Origin: an uncultured Chloroflexota bacterium | GTDB taxonomy: Bacteria; Chloroflexota; Dehalococcoidia; SM23-28-2; RBG-16-64-32 | Assembly: GCA_913056415.1 (NCBI GenBank) | Contig: CAJXNA010000001.1 | Location: 1 to 35,025, forward strand | Length of the DNA stretch: 35,025 nt | Direction of reading: 5' to 3' | Shown: positions 1 through 9,187 of the stretch, piece after piece | Position numbering within the stretch: position 1 is the stretch's first letter | How the letters are laid out: each line of letters opens with the position of its first letter | Program-made: the position numbers and the translations under genes | The notes under the pieces: model-generated | What the model saw: the letters and a program-made list of their open reading frames with translations, nothing else | Database searches by the model: none | Told to the model about the DNA's origin: nothing

Positions 1-803
1 GCGGGGATATGGAGCTGCGTGCTCGGGTCGTCGTATTTGGCGCGGTAGTCGTAGAACTCTCCCTCGAACGTGATCTCGCCCGGTGGCGACGCCTCTGGCT
101 CGTCGTTTCCCAGCACCGCCACCTCGACCTGACGCCCCTCCACGGCGACCTCGACCAGCGCCTTGCGGTCGTACCGGAACGCCTCCTCCAGCGCCTCGTC
201 CAGGTCTTCGCGAGAGCGGGCCTTGGAGGTGCCGATGCTGGAGCCGCTGTTGGCGGGCTTGACGAAGGAAGGGTAGGGGATGGCGGCCTCAACCTCGCGG
301 GAGATGGCGGCCGGGTCGTCGCGCCAGCGGGAGGCGAGGACGACGACGTCCTCTGGCATCGGGAAGCCGTGCTGGCGGAAGATCGTCTTCTGAAGCGCTT
401 TGTCCATCCCCAGGGCGCTGGCGGCCACGCCCGCGCCCACATACGGCACCCCCGCCAGCTCCAAGAACCCCTGCAGGGTGCCGTCCTCGCCGTTGGTGCC
501 GTGGATGAGGGGGAAGACCGCGTCCAGGCGGCGCAGGGCGCCCAGGGCCTTGGTGCGGTGCAGGATGCCCTCCCCCAGCGGCTCCTCAAGGGCTGAGAAC
601 TTCTCCAAGCGTATGGAGGTGAGGGCGCGCTCGCTATCGGCCGTGGTGAGCCATGTCCCCTGTCTGGTGACGCCGATGGGCATGGCCTGGAACCGGTCCG
701 CGTCCAGGGCGGCCATCACCGCCTGGGCGGAGACCACGGAGACCTCGTGCTCGGCGGAGCGGCCGCCGAACAGGATGCCGACCTTCAGACGCTTGCCTGC
801 CAT
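1..803 (-). CDS. ddl: D-alanine--D-alanine ligase, N-terminal ~267 codons (C-terminus lies beyond the window start)
   Basis: Absent from the ORF track because it runs off the edge. My minus-strand translation from ATG 803..801 gives MAGKRLKVGILFGGRSAEHEVSVVSAQAV...FPLIHGTNGEDGTLQGFLELAGVPYVG...PSFVKPANSGSSIG, typical Ddl/ATP-grasp motifs. The ATG overlaps the murB TGA (TGATG). Position after murB fits the dcw cluster. Confidence 0.9.
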   Translation of the reverse strand, partial: MAGKRLKVGILFGGRSAEHEVSVVSAQAVMAALDADRFQAMPIGVTRQGTWLTTADSERALTSIRLEKFSALEEPLGEGILHRTKALGALRRLDAVFPLIHGTNGEDGTLQGFLELAGVPYVGAGVAASALGMDKALQKTIFRQHGFPMPEDVVVLASRWRDDPAAISREVEAAIPYPSFVKPANSGSSIGTSKARSREDLDEALEEAFRYDRKALVEVAVEGRQVEVAVLGNDEPEASPPGEITFEGEFYDYRAKYDDPSTQLHIP

Positions 804-1720
804 CAGGGCTCCCCCGCCATAGCGACTTCGTTCTCCAGCTCGATGCCGAAGTGCTCCCGTACCCGGGAGCGGGCCAGCTCCATTAGGGCGAGGGCGTCGA
901 CGGCCTTGGCGCCGCCCAGGTTGAGGAAGAAGTTGGTGTGCTGCTGAGAGATCTCCGCGTTGCCGATGCGGTGGCCGCGTAGCCCAACCTGATCGACTAG
1001 CCACCAGGCGGGATGCTCCGCCGGGTTCTTAAACATGGAGCCGGCGTTGCGGCCGCGGGGCTGCGCGGCCAGGCGGCGGCCGTCAAACTCGCGCACGCGG
1101 GCCCGAAGCTCGTCGGGGTCTCCCTTCTGCAGCGACAGGTCTACGGAGAGGACCACGTGGCCCTTCAAGGCGCCGCGGGTGAAGGCGCTGTTGCGGTAGT
1201 CCAACGTCAGCTCCTCGGGCCGCAGCTCTAGGATGCCGTTTTGAGGATCGAGTACGCGGATGCCCTTCAGGCTATCCAGTAGGGACTTGCCGTAAGCACC
1301 GGCGTTGTAGACGGCGGCGCCGCCCAGGGTGCCAGGGATGCCGCAGGCCCACTCGATGCCGCTGTAGCCGGCGAAGGAGAGGCGGCGGGCCAGGGCGGCG
1401 AAGCTTACGCCGCTGGCCGCGCGCACCCTAAACCCAGCGCCGTTGGGTGTGGGGCCTTCCACCTGCTCCGTCGCGTTCTCGATCACCAGCCCCCGGATGC
1501 CGCCGTCCAGGATGAGGACGTTGGAGCCGGCGCCCAGGATGAACACGGGCACGTCGTGCTGGTGGGCGGCTCGCAGGGCGGCCCGGAGCTGCTCCTCGCT
1601 GCGAGCGGCGAAGTAGACGTCGGCCGGGCCGCCGATGCCGAACGTGTTGTGGCGGTGCAGCGGCTCGTCCAGGAGGGCAGGCCCCAGCGCTTGCAGCTCG
1701 TCCAGGAACGCCTCGTTCAT
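803..1720 (-). CDS. murB: UDP-N-acetylenolpyruvoylglucosamine reductase
   Basis: 305-aa ORF with an FAD-binding MurB-like N-terminus (FGIGGPADVY..., GAGSNVLI). The C-terminal part reads ...GSMFKNP...AWLVDQVGLRGHRIGNAEISQQHTNFFLN. The start overlaps the murC stop by 4 nt. Confidence 0.93.
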   Translation of the reverse strand: MNEAFLDELQALGPALLDEPLHRHNTFGIGGPADVYFAARSEEQLRAALRAAHQHDVPVFILGAGSNVLILDGGIRGLVIENATEQVEGPTPNGAGFRVRAASGVSFAALARRLSFAGYSGIEWACGIPGTLGGAAVYNAGAYGKSLLDSLKGIRVLDPQNGILELRPEELTLDYRNSAFTRGALKGHVVLSVDLSLQKGDPDELRARVREFDGRRLAAQPRGRNAGSMFKNPAEHPAWWLVDQVGLRGHRIGNAEISQQHTNFFLNLGGAKAVDALALMELARSRVREHFGIELENEVAMAGEP

Positions 1721-3120
1721 CGTCTCTCCAGCGTCTCCAGGACCGTCGGCCCGACCTTCTCGACGTCGCCCGCGCCGATGGCGAAGAAGACATCGCCGGG
1801 CTCTAGCAGCTCGGCCACGGCCGCCGCTGACTGCTCGAGGTCGCCGGCGTAGCGGGCCGGCGGCTCGGTGATCTCTTCGGCTAGCTGCTGAGCGGTCATG
1901 CCCGCCGTCGGCTCCTCGCGGGCGGCGTACGTCTCCGCGATGAGCAGAACGTCGCAGTTCTCGAAGCAGGTGCGGAAGCCGTCCAGAAGGTATTGGGTGC
2001 GGCTGTAGGTGTGAGGCTGGAACAGGCAGACGAGGCGACGGCCGGGAAAGCGCTCGCGGGCGGCGGCCAGCGTGGCGCGCACCTCCGTCGGGTGGTGAGC
2101 GTAGTCGTCCATGATCGTGACTCCGGCGGCCTCACCTAGGTGCTGGAAGCGACGGCGGACGCCGCGGAACTCGGCGACCGACCGCTGTACGGTCTCAACC
2201 GGCAGGCCCAGGATGCTCCCCACTGCTATCGCCCCCAAGGCATTGCTCACGTTATGGATTCCCGGCAATCGCGTTTCGAAGGTCGTGTAGACCTCTCCGC
2301 CGCATTCTACCACAAAAGTATACCCGTCTACACCCTTGCTCAAAATATCCTTCGCGCGCCATTCGGCGGAAGGATCGAGACCGTAGGAGACGACGTGGAC
2401 GGGGGGGTTCACGTCGCCTCCTATGGCCTCGGGCAGGATGGCCTGCAATGCAGGGTCTTCTCTGCAGGCCACGATGTAACCGTTTGGCTGGACCTGGGAG
2501 AGAAACTGACGGAAGGCGTCCTTCAGCCTCTCGTATGAGCCGTAGATGTCCAGGTGGTCCGGCTCCACGTTGGTGACGAGAGCGATGTCCGGGTGGTAGT
2601 TGAGGAAGGCGGCGTCGAACTCGTCCGCCTCAACGACGAAGTCTGGGCCCTCACCCGCCATGGCGTTGGTATCGAGGTCGATCATCTCGCCGCCCAGCAT
2701 GAAGGTGGGCGAGCGGCCCGCCTGCGACAGGATAAAGGCGATGAGCGAGCTGGTGGTGGTCTTGCCGTGACTGCCTGCCACGGCGATGCTGCGCTTCCCC
2801 TCCATAAGGCGGGCCACCATCTGGGCCCTCTTCAGGGTGGGGAGGCCGCGGCGTCGTGCCTCCACCAGCTCCGGGTTGTCCTCGCGGGCGGCTGAGGTGT
2901 AGATGACCATCTCGGCGTCCCCGACGTGGGCGGCGTCATGACCGCGGCTCACGCTGACGCCCAGCGTCTCCAACCGCTCCGTGAGCGGCGTCAGGTTGAG
3001 GTCGGAGCCGGAGACGGTGTGGCCGCGGGCGCGCAGGATCTGGGCGATGGCGGACATGTGGATGCCGCCCGCGCCCACCAGATGCACCCGCTGCGGTATC
3101 GTTTTCACCGCCGTCCTCAT
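1717..3120 (-). CDS. murC: UDP-N-acetylmuramate--L-alanine ligase
   Basis: 467 aa. N-terminal VHLVGAGGIHMSAIAQIL and Mur ligase P-loop AGSHGKTTTSSL. Lies in dcw context with 4-nt overlaps on both sides. Confidence 0.95.
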   Translation of the reverse strand: MRTAVKTIPQRVHLVGAGGIHMSAIAQILRARGHTVSGSDLNLTPLTERLETLGVSVSRGHDAAHVGDAEMVIYTSAAREDNPELVEARRRGLPTLKRAQMVARLMEGKRSIAVAGSHGKTTTSSLIAFILSQAGRSPTFMLGGEMIDLDTNAMAGEGPDFVVEADEFDAAFLNYHPDIALVTNVEPDHLDIYGSYERLKDAFRQFLSQVQPNGYIVACREDPALQAILPEAIGGDVNPPVHVVSYGLDPSAEWRAKDILSKGVDGYTFVVECGGEVYTTFETRLPGIHNVSNALGAIAVGSILGLPVETVQRSVAEFRGVRRRFQHLGEAAGVTIMDDYAHHPTEVRATLAAARERFPGRRLVCLFQPHTYSRTQYLLDGFRTCFENCDVLLIAETYAAREEPTAGMTAQQLAEEITEPPARYAGDLEQSAAAVAELLEPGDVFFAIGAGDVEKVGPTVLETLERR

Positions 3121-4217
3121 GACCCCGCCAGCTCCACGATGAGCCGTGCGATGTTGCGTGCAGCCTCAGGTCGAGCCAGTCGCCGTGACGCCTGGCTCAT
3201 CGCGTCCAGTCGAGCGGCGTCGTGAAGGAGGCCGCCGACGAGCGGTAGCATCGAGCCTAGATCGCTGTCTTCAAGGATGACGGCGGCGTCGTTGTCCGCC
3301 AGGTGGCGGGCGTTAAGCCGCTGATGAGCGCCCGCGTAGGGGTAGGGGACGAGGATGGCGGGCAGGCCCAAGGCGGGCAGCTCTCCCAGCACGGAGGCGC
3401 CGGCGCGGCAGAGGGCCAGATCGGCGGCGGCCATCGCCCAGGGGAACTCCTTGTGCAGGTAGCCGAACAGGTGGTAGCGGCTGCGGAGCTCGTCCGGCAG
3501 ATCCTTCGCCAGTCCGGCGAGCCACTCCTCATCGGCGCGTCCGCTGACGTGGACGACTTCACATAACTCTAAGAGGCTTCGCAGATTGTTTGCTATCGCT
3601 TGGTTGATGCTGTGCGCCCCCTGGGAGGCGCCGGCGACGAACAGGACTTTCTCTTCGGGGTCCAGCCCCAGGCGCTGACGTCCCGCCGCGCGGCTGACCT
3701 GCGAGAACTCCTCGCGCACCGGATAGCCCGTAAGGATGGCCTTGCCGGTCGGCAGCTTGCGCAGCGTCTCGGGGGCGGTGACGGCGATGCGGCGGGCGAG
3801 GTTGGCGATGGCGCGGACCGCCCAGCCGGGGTAGACGTCCGGGAGGTAGATGGTGATGGGGGTCCCGCGGGAGCGAGCGGCCAGGGCGATGGGGAAGCTG
3901 GTGTAGCCCCCCGTGGATAGCACGACGTCCGCACGGAACTCAGAAAGCGCCTTGCGCGCCTGGGCCACTCCTTTCGCCATCCGGGCGGCGTTGCGGGTCA
4001 GCTCCCAGGGGTTGCGGCCTCGGATGGGGCCGGACGAAACGGGGCGCAGCGGGATGTCGGCTCGTTCCACCAGCTCCGCCTCCGTGCCTTCCGGCGAGCC
4101 CAGGTAGAGCGGCTCCAGCCTCTCGCCGGGCGGCAGCTCACGCTCCAGCGCGGCGGCGATGGTCAGGGCGGGGTATACGTGGCCGCCGGTGCCGCCGCCG
4201 CAGAGGGCCAGTCTCAT
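3117..4217 (-). CDS. murG: UDP-N-acetylglucosamine--N-acetylmuramyl-(pentapeptide) pyrophosphoryl-undecaprenol GlcNAc transferase
   Basis: 366 aa. N-terminal GGGTGGHVYPAL motif typical of MurG (GT28). Located between ftsW and murC. Confidence 0.95.
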   Translation of the reverse strand: MRLALCGGGTGGHVYPALTIAAALERELPPGERLEPLYLGSPEGTEAELVERADIPLRPVSSGPIRGRNPWELTRNAARMAKGVAQARKALSEFRADVVLSTGGYTSFPIALAARSRGTPITIYLPDVYPGWAVRAIANLARRIAVTAPETLRKLPTGKAILTGYPVREEFSQVSRAAGRQRLGLDPEEKVLFVAGASQGAHSINQAIANNLRSLLELCEVVHVSGRADEEWLAGLAKDLPDELRSRYHLFGYLHKEFPWAMAAADLALCRAGASVLGELPALGLPAILVPYPYAGAHQRLNARHLADNDAAVILEDSDLGSMLPLVGGLLHDAARLDAMSQASRRLARPEAARNIARLIVELAGS

Positions 4218-5386
4218 ACCGTGCTCCTACCCGCGGCTGGGTTGCGCCGGGCGTAGCGTCGGGCACGGGCCTTCGGCTGCTCTGTGTGGGAGCTGTTGCG
4301 GCCGTAGCGGGAGATGCTGAGGAGGATGCCCGCGCCGGCCATCACGGCGATAAGGGCGGAGCCGCCGTAGCTCAGGAAGGGCAGCGGCACCCCGGTGAGC
4401 GGGATGGAGCGTGTGATACCGCCGATGTTGATCAGGGTCTGGTAGGCGATCCAGCTCACGATGCCCACGCCCAGCAGGGTGCCGAACTGATCCCGTGAGG
4501 CGAGCGTCGCCTTGAGGGCGCGGAACATGAAGAAGGCGAACAGACCCAGGACGCCCAGCAGGCCGATGAACCCCAGCTCCTCGCCGATGATGGCGAAGAC
4601 GCCGTCGGTGTGGGCGCCGGGGACGTAGAAGAACTTCTGGCGGCTGACTCCCCAGCCGAGGCCGGTGACGCCGCCGCTCCCCAGGGCGATTAGCAACTGA
4701 AGGATCTGGAAGCCGTTTCCCTGAGGGTCGGCCTCCGGCGAGACGAAGGAGGTGAGGCGATCCAGCCGGTAGTCCTGCGCCAGGATCATGACGTAGGTCA
4801 CGAGGCCGCCGCTGGCCATGAGCAGGGTCAGGTGACTGAGCGGCGCTCCGGCGACGAAGAAGAGCGTACTGGTAGTGAGGACGATGATGACGGCGGTGCC
4901 CATGTCCGGCTCGACGATGACCAGGCCGCCGACCACGCTGACCATAAGCACGAACGGCACCAGGCCCAGGCTGAACTTGTTGATGTTCTCTCGTCGGCCG
5001 GCCAGCCAGGCGGAGATGTAGATGATGGTCGCCAGCTTGGCAAACTCGCTGGGTTGGAAGGAGATCGGGCCCAGCTCCAGCCAGCGTCGGGCGCCGTTGC
5101 GCTCCACGCCGATGCCGGGGATGAGGACGGCCGCCAGTCCCAGCAACGCCACCACCATTATCGGCGCCGCCAGGTGGCGCAGCTGGTGGTAGTCCAGCCG
5201 CATGAAATAGAGGAGCGCCACACCGCCGGCGATGGCGTAGAACGCGTGCCTAATCACGAAGTAGTTTGCATCGCCAAACTCCAGGTGGCCCACAGCGAAG
5301 CTGGCCGTGTACACGGTCAACAGCCCCGCCAGCAGGAGCATGGACGTGGCAACCAGCAGGAGGTAGTCCGGCTGGCCCTGTCGCAC
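4214..5386 (-). CDS. ftsW: SEDS-family peptidoglycan glycosyltransferase FtsW (FtsW/RodA/SpoVE)
   Basis: 390 aa, polytopic. Carries the C-terminal SEDS signature GVPLPFLSYGGSALI. Located between murD and murG. Confidence 0.9.
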   Translation of the reverse strand: MRQGQPDYLLLVATSMLLLAGLLTVYTASFAVGHLEFGDANYFVIRHAFYAIAGGVALLYFMRLDYHQLRHLAAPIMVVALLGLAAVLIPGIGVERNGARRWLELGPISFQPSEFAKLATIIYISAWLAGRRENINKFSLGLVPFVLMVSVVGGLVIVEPDMGTAVIIVLTTSTLFFVAGAPLSHLTLLMASGGLVTYVMILAQDYRLDRLTSFVSPEADPQGNGFQILQLLIALGSGGVTGLGWGVSRQKFFYVPGAHTDGVFAIIGEELGFIGLLGVLGLFAFFMFRALKATLASRDQFGTLLGVGIVSWIAYQTLINIGGITRSIPLTGVPLPFLSYGGSALIAVMAGAGILLSISRYGRNSSHTEQPKARARRYARRNPAAGRSTV

Positions 5387-5415
5387 AGTGTGCGCACGGC
5401 GCGGGCGGCCGCTCG

Positions 5416-6837
5416 CTACGGCAGCGATGGCTGCGCCTCCTTGACGTAGCGACCGACCAGGGAGCGGAAGTGCTCGCCTCGGTCCTCGAAGTTGTCGTAG
5501 GCGTCGAAGCTGGTGCAGGCGGGCGAAAGTAGCACGGCGTCGCCCGGCCGGGCGGCCCGACGGGCCGCTTCGAACGCCTCGGCCAGCGTGGCGATGCGGA
5601 CGATGCGAGCACCCTTATCGCGCGATCCCTTGGCGGCCTGCCGTAGCGCCGCCTCCAGCTTGGGCCCAGACTCTCCGAAGATGACCACGGCCCGGCAGCG
5701 GCGCAGCGCTTCCTGCGCCAGCTCTTCTAGCGGCAGGTTCTTGTCGCGGCCGCCGAGCAGGAGCACCAGCGGCTCTTGGAAGGAGCGGATGCCGGCCAGG
5801 GTGCGCTCCGGCGTAGTGGCGATGCTATCGTTGTAGTAGTCGGCGCCGTTCAGCGTCGCCACGTGTTCCAGCCGGTGCGGCACGGCGGTGAACGATTCCA
5901 CCGCGTCTGCGATCGCCCTCGGGGTCACGCCGCAGGCGGAGGCCACAGCGGCTGCGGCCACAGCGTTCTCGCGGTTGTGGCGGCCGCGCAGGGGCAGAGA
6001 GTCCAGGGGGAACAGCGGCTGGTCGTAGCGGCCTTGGCGGTAGTGGGCCTCATCGCCGCGGACGTAGACGCCGTCGCCGGGTATCTTCTCGCCCAGGCTG
6101 AACCACACACGGGCGCTCGGGGCCGCGGTGGCCAGCGCTCGCGCCTCGGTATCGTCGTAGTTGAAGACCGCCACGTCGTCCGCGGACTGGAAGCGGAAGA
6201 TGTTGTGCTTAAGGTCGCGGTACTGATCCCAGGAGAAGCGGTCCAGGTGGTTGGGCGTGACGTTGAGCAGGCAGGCAACGTGCGGGCTGCGCGAGGTCAT
6301 CTGAAGCTGGGTGTGGCTGACCTCCAGCACCACCCAGGTGTAGGCGCGGACCTCCGTCAGGTGGTCCAGGATGCCGACGCCGATGTTGCCCCCGACAAAT
6401 ACAGGCTTCTCGTCGGCGCGGAACATCTCGCCCAGAAGGGCGGTGGTGGTGGTCTTGCCGCTGGAGCCGGTGACGCCGACGACGGGGCCGGGACAGAGCT
6501 CCATGAACAGGGTGAACATCGACCAGACTGGGATGCCGCTGCGGAGGACGTCATCCAGAGCGGGCAGGTCCAGCGGCACGCCCTGGGAGACGAACACGGC
6601 GTCCGCGTTTCTCACCGCCTGCGGATCGTTACCGCCCAGAGAGAGGCGGATCGGCAGATCGGCCACCTCCTCCACGCGCTCCGCCAGCCGCTCGCGAGGC
6701 TTGGCGTCGCTAACGGTCACGTCGGCGCCGCGCGAGGCGAGGTAGCGGACGGCGTCCACCCCCTCAACGCCCAGGCCCACGACGGTGACCCGCTTATCGG
6801 CGAAATCCAGATCGGACAGGCGGTCAAGGTTTCTCAC
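5416..6837 (-). CDS. murD: UDP-N-acetylmuramoylalanine--D-glutamate ligase
   Basis: 473 aa. Rossmann-like N-terminus VTVVGLGVEGVDAVRYL and P-loop GVTGSSGKTTTTAL. In dcw context. Confidence 0.95.
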   Translation of the reverse strand: MRNLDRLSDLDFADKRVTVVGLGVEGVDAVRYLASRGADVTVSDAKPRERLAERVEEVADLPIRLSLGGNDPQAVRNADAVFVSQGVPLDLPALDDVLRSGIPVWSMFTLFMELCPGPVVGVTGSSGKTTTTALLGEMFRADEKPVFVGGNIGVGILDHLTEVRAYTWVVLEVSHTQLQMTSRSPHVACLLNVTPNHLDRFSWDQYRDLKHNIFRFQSADDVAVFNYDDTEARALATAAPSARVWFSLGEKIPGDGVYVRGDEAHYRQGRYDQPLFPLDSLPLRGRHNRENAVAAAAVASACGVTPRAIADAVESFTAVPHRLEHVATLNGADYYNDSIATTPERTLAGIRSFQEPLVLLLGGRDKNLPLEELAQEALRRCRAVVIFGESGPKLEAALRQAAKGSRDKGARIVRIATLAEAFEAARRAARPGDAVLLSPACTSFDAYDNFEDRGEHFRSLVGRYVKEAQPSLP

Positions 6838-6838
6838 G

Positions 6839-7804
6839 CTAGACCTCCATCGCCAGAATCGTGCCCACGATTGCTCCCAGGATGCCGATGAGCCAGAACC
6901 GCTGCACCACCTGTGGCTCGCTCCAGCCCAGCTTCTCGAAATGGTGATGCAGCGGCGCCATGCGGAAGATACGTTTGCCTCCGCTCAGGCGGTAGTACCC
7001 CACCTGGATGACGTCGGAGGCGCCCTCCAGAACGAAGACGATGCCGATGAGCGGTAGGACCAGCCACTGGCCGGTCATGAAGGCGACCGTAGCCAGGCCG
7101 CCGCCCAGCGCCAGGGCGCCGGTGTCGCCCATGAACATCTGCGCCGGATGGCTGTTGTACCAGAGGAAGCCCAGCACCGCTGCCGCCACGGTGAAGCAGA
7201 ACGTGCCCAGAAACGTCTGATCCTGCATCAGGGCGATGATGCCGTATGCGCCGAAGGCGATGGCCGAGGTGCCCGCGGAGAGCCCGTCCAGACCGTCGCT
7301 GACGGCCACGCCGCCGGCGGTGAGGACGATGACGCCTACGGCGATCGGTATGTACCAGGCAGCGAGGTCGTATCGGCCCGCATAAGGCACGTTGACGTCG
7401 CTTAGCTCTAGCCCCTCGTACAGGCCGAAGGCGGCGGCGAACCCGATGGCGACAAAGGCGACGAACTTTACCCTCTTGTTAAGGGCGCTCCATCCGCCTT
7501 TGGCGGACTGAAGGGAGCCCAGGTCGTCCAGAAAGCCGAGCGCGCCCAGCGCCGCCATCACCGCCAGCGGCAGGCCGATAGAGTATCGCCCGAACAGGTT
7601 GGCGGCGACGCTGAACCCGATGACCGCAGCCAGGATAAGCAGGCCGCCCATGGTGGGCGTGCCGGCTTTAGCCTGATGGCTCTCGGGCCCCCACTCACTG
7701 ATCTGCTTGCCCACCTTCAGGCGACGCAGCATCGCCAGGAAGGGCCTTCCCGCTATCGTCGTAGCCGTAAGGGTCATCGCTCCCACGGTCAAGGCGTAGA
7801 TCAT
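6839..7804 (-). CDS. mraY: phospho-N-acetylmuramoyl-pentapeptide transferase
   Basis: 321 aa, about 10 TM segments. MraY-like motifs GTPTMGG, FLDDLGSL and MGDTGALALGG. Overlaps the murF stop by 4 nt. Confidence 0.95.
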   Translation of the reverse strand: MIYALTVGAMTLTATTIAGRPFLAMLRRLKVGKQISEWGPESHQAKAGTPTMGGLLILAAVIGFSVAANLFGRYSIGLPLAVMAALGALGFLDDLGSLQSAKGGWSALNKRVKFVAFVAIGFAAAFGLYEGLELSDVNVPYAGRYDLAAWYIPIAVGVIVLTAGGVAVSDGLDGLSAGTSAIAFGAYGIIALMQDQTFLGTFCFTVAAAVLGFLWYNSHPAQMFMGDTGALALGGGLATVAFMTGQWLVLPLIGIVFVLEGASDVIQVGYYRLSGGKRIFRMAPLHHHFEKLGWSEPQVVQRFWLIGILGAIVGTILAMEV

Positions 7805-9168
7805 GGCGCCACCAGCGCCTCGACTACGGCCTCCAGGGCCACCGCCCGTGAGGCCTTCACCAGCAGATGGTCTTCCGGTCGCAGCTCGTCTCGAAGGACG
7901 GGCATCGCGTCCGATGGGGAGTTGAAGAAGCGCGCTTCGGCGGCTCCCGCCTTCAAGGCGGCCTCGTATAGCGGACGTGCCGGTTCTCCGACGACGAGGA
8001 GGAGGTCGGTGCAGGCGGCGGCGCGCTCGCCCACCTGACGGTGGCCCTCCTCCGCGGCGGCGCCCAGCTCCCGCATCTCTCCCAGGAGAGCGATGCGGCG
8101 GGCGGGCAGCTCAGCCAGGAGGTCAAGGACGGCGAGCATGGACTGGGGGCTGGCGTTGTAGCTATCGTCTAGGACTGTGGCGCCGTTGGGCGTGTGCAGC
8201 ACGCGGAGCCGCAGCTCCGGCCTCGCCTGCCGCAGCGCCTCCGCGATCTCGGTCAGCGTCATGCCTTCGGACAGCCCCACGGCGGCGGCGGCCAGGGCGG
8301 GGTAGATGTGATGGCGGCCGGGAAGCGGTGTCTCCACCTCCACCTGGGTATCGCCGTAGGTGAGGCGGAAGGAGATGCCGTCCAGGCCGCGGCCCTTGAG
8401 GTCGCTGCCGCGTACCTGGCACTGCTGCGATTGGCCGTAGAGCAGGACGCGGGCCCTGGTGCGGGAGGCCATGGCGGCGACGCGCGAGTCGTCACCGTTG
8501 AGGATCCCGATTCCATCGGGGTCTTCGGGCAGCGCCTCCACCAGCTCCGCTTTGGCGCTGGCGATGGCCCCCATGGAGCCGAGCCGCTCCATGTGCACCG
8601 GCCCCACGTTGGTCACCACTCCTATCTGGGGCCGCGCGATCCGGCATAGCAGGCTGATCTCGCCGCGGCCATACATCGCCATCTCCAGGACGGCCCGACT
8701 ATGGCGGGGGGTCAGTTGGAGCAGCGTGAGCGGCAGGCCGATCTCAGTGTTCAGGTTGGCGGCGCTCTTGAGCACCGGCCAGCGGGCGGCGAGGACGGCG
8801 GCGATAAGCTCCTTGCAGGTGGTCTTGCCCACGCTGCCGGTCACGCCGATCACTCGGGTCTCGTGGCGCCTGCGCCAGTACGCGGCGAGCCGCTGCAGGG
8901 CGGACAGCGAATCGCTCACCTGAAAGACGGCCACCCCCTCCGGGGCGTCCAGCGGGCGTTCGACCACCAGGCCCGCCGCGCCTCTGGCGACGGCCTCGTC
9001 AACGAAGTCGTGACCGTCGTGGTGCTCGCCATGGAGGGCGAAGAACAGGTCTCCCCGCTCCACCTCTCGAGAGTCGATGACGGCGCGTTTGAAGGCGTCA
9101 TCGACCGGGCCGCGCCCTGCGACCAGGAGTTCAGCCGTCCCCTGAACTACGCTATCCACCGCTAGCAT
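7801..9168 (-). CDS. murF: UDP-N-acetylmuramoyl-tripeptide--D-alanyl-D-alanine ligase
   Basis: 455 aa. P-loop GVTGSVGKTTCKEL followed by the MurF-type NLNTEIGLPLTLL motif, which I take as MurF rather than MurE. Confidence 0.9.
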   Translation of the reverse strand: MLAVDSVVQGTAELLVAGRGPVDDAFKRAVIDSREVERGDLFFALHGEHHDGHDFVDEAVARGAAGLVVERPLDAPEGVAVFQVSDSLSALQRLAAYWRRRHETRVIGVTGSVGKTTCKELIAAVLAARWPVLKSAANLNTEIGLPLTLLQLTPRHSRAVLEMAMYGRGEISLLCRIARPQIGVVTNVGPVHMERLGSMGAIASAKAELVEALPEDPDGIGILNGDDSRVAAMASRTRARVLLYGQSQQCQVRGSDLKGRGLDGISFRLTYGDTQVEVETPLPGRHHIYPALAAAAVGLSEGMTLTEIAEALRQARPELRLRVLHTPNGATVLDDSYNASPQSMLAVLDLLAELPARRIALLGEMRELGAAAEEGHRQVGERAAACTDLLLVVGEPARPLYEAALKAGAAEARFFNSPSDAMPVLRDELRPEDHLLVKASRAVALEAVVEALVAP

Positions 9169-9187
9169 CCGCCTAGGTACTAACCGA

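Noticed and set aside
5776-6891. 371-aa plus-strand ORF antisense to murD. The same pattern occurs at 11195..12076 (antisense to rsmH), 17485..18228 (antisense to def and cca) and 25022..25936 (antisense to HDAC).
   Set aside because: All are antisense to genes with strong motif support and have shadow-frame composition. No start or RBS context supports them.
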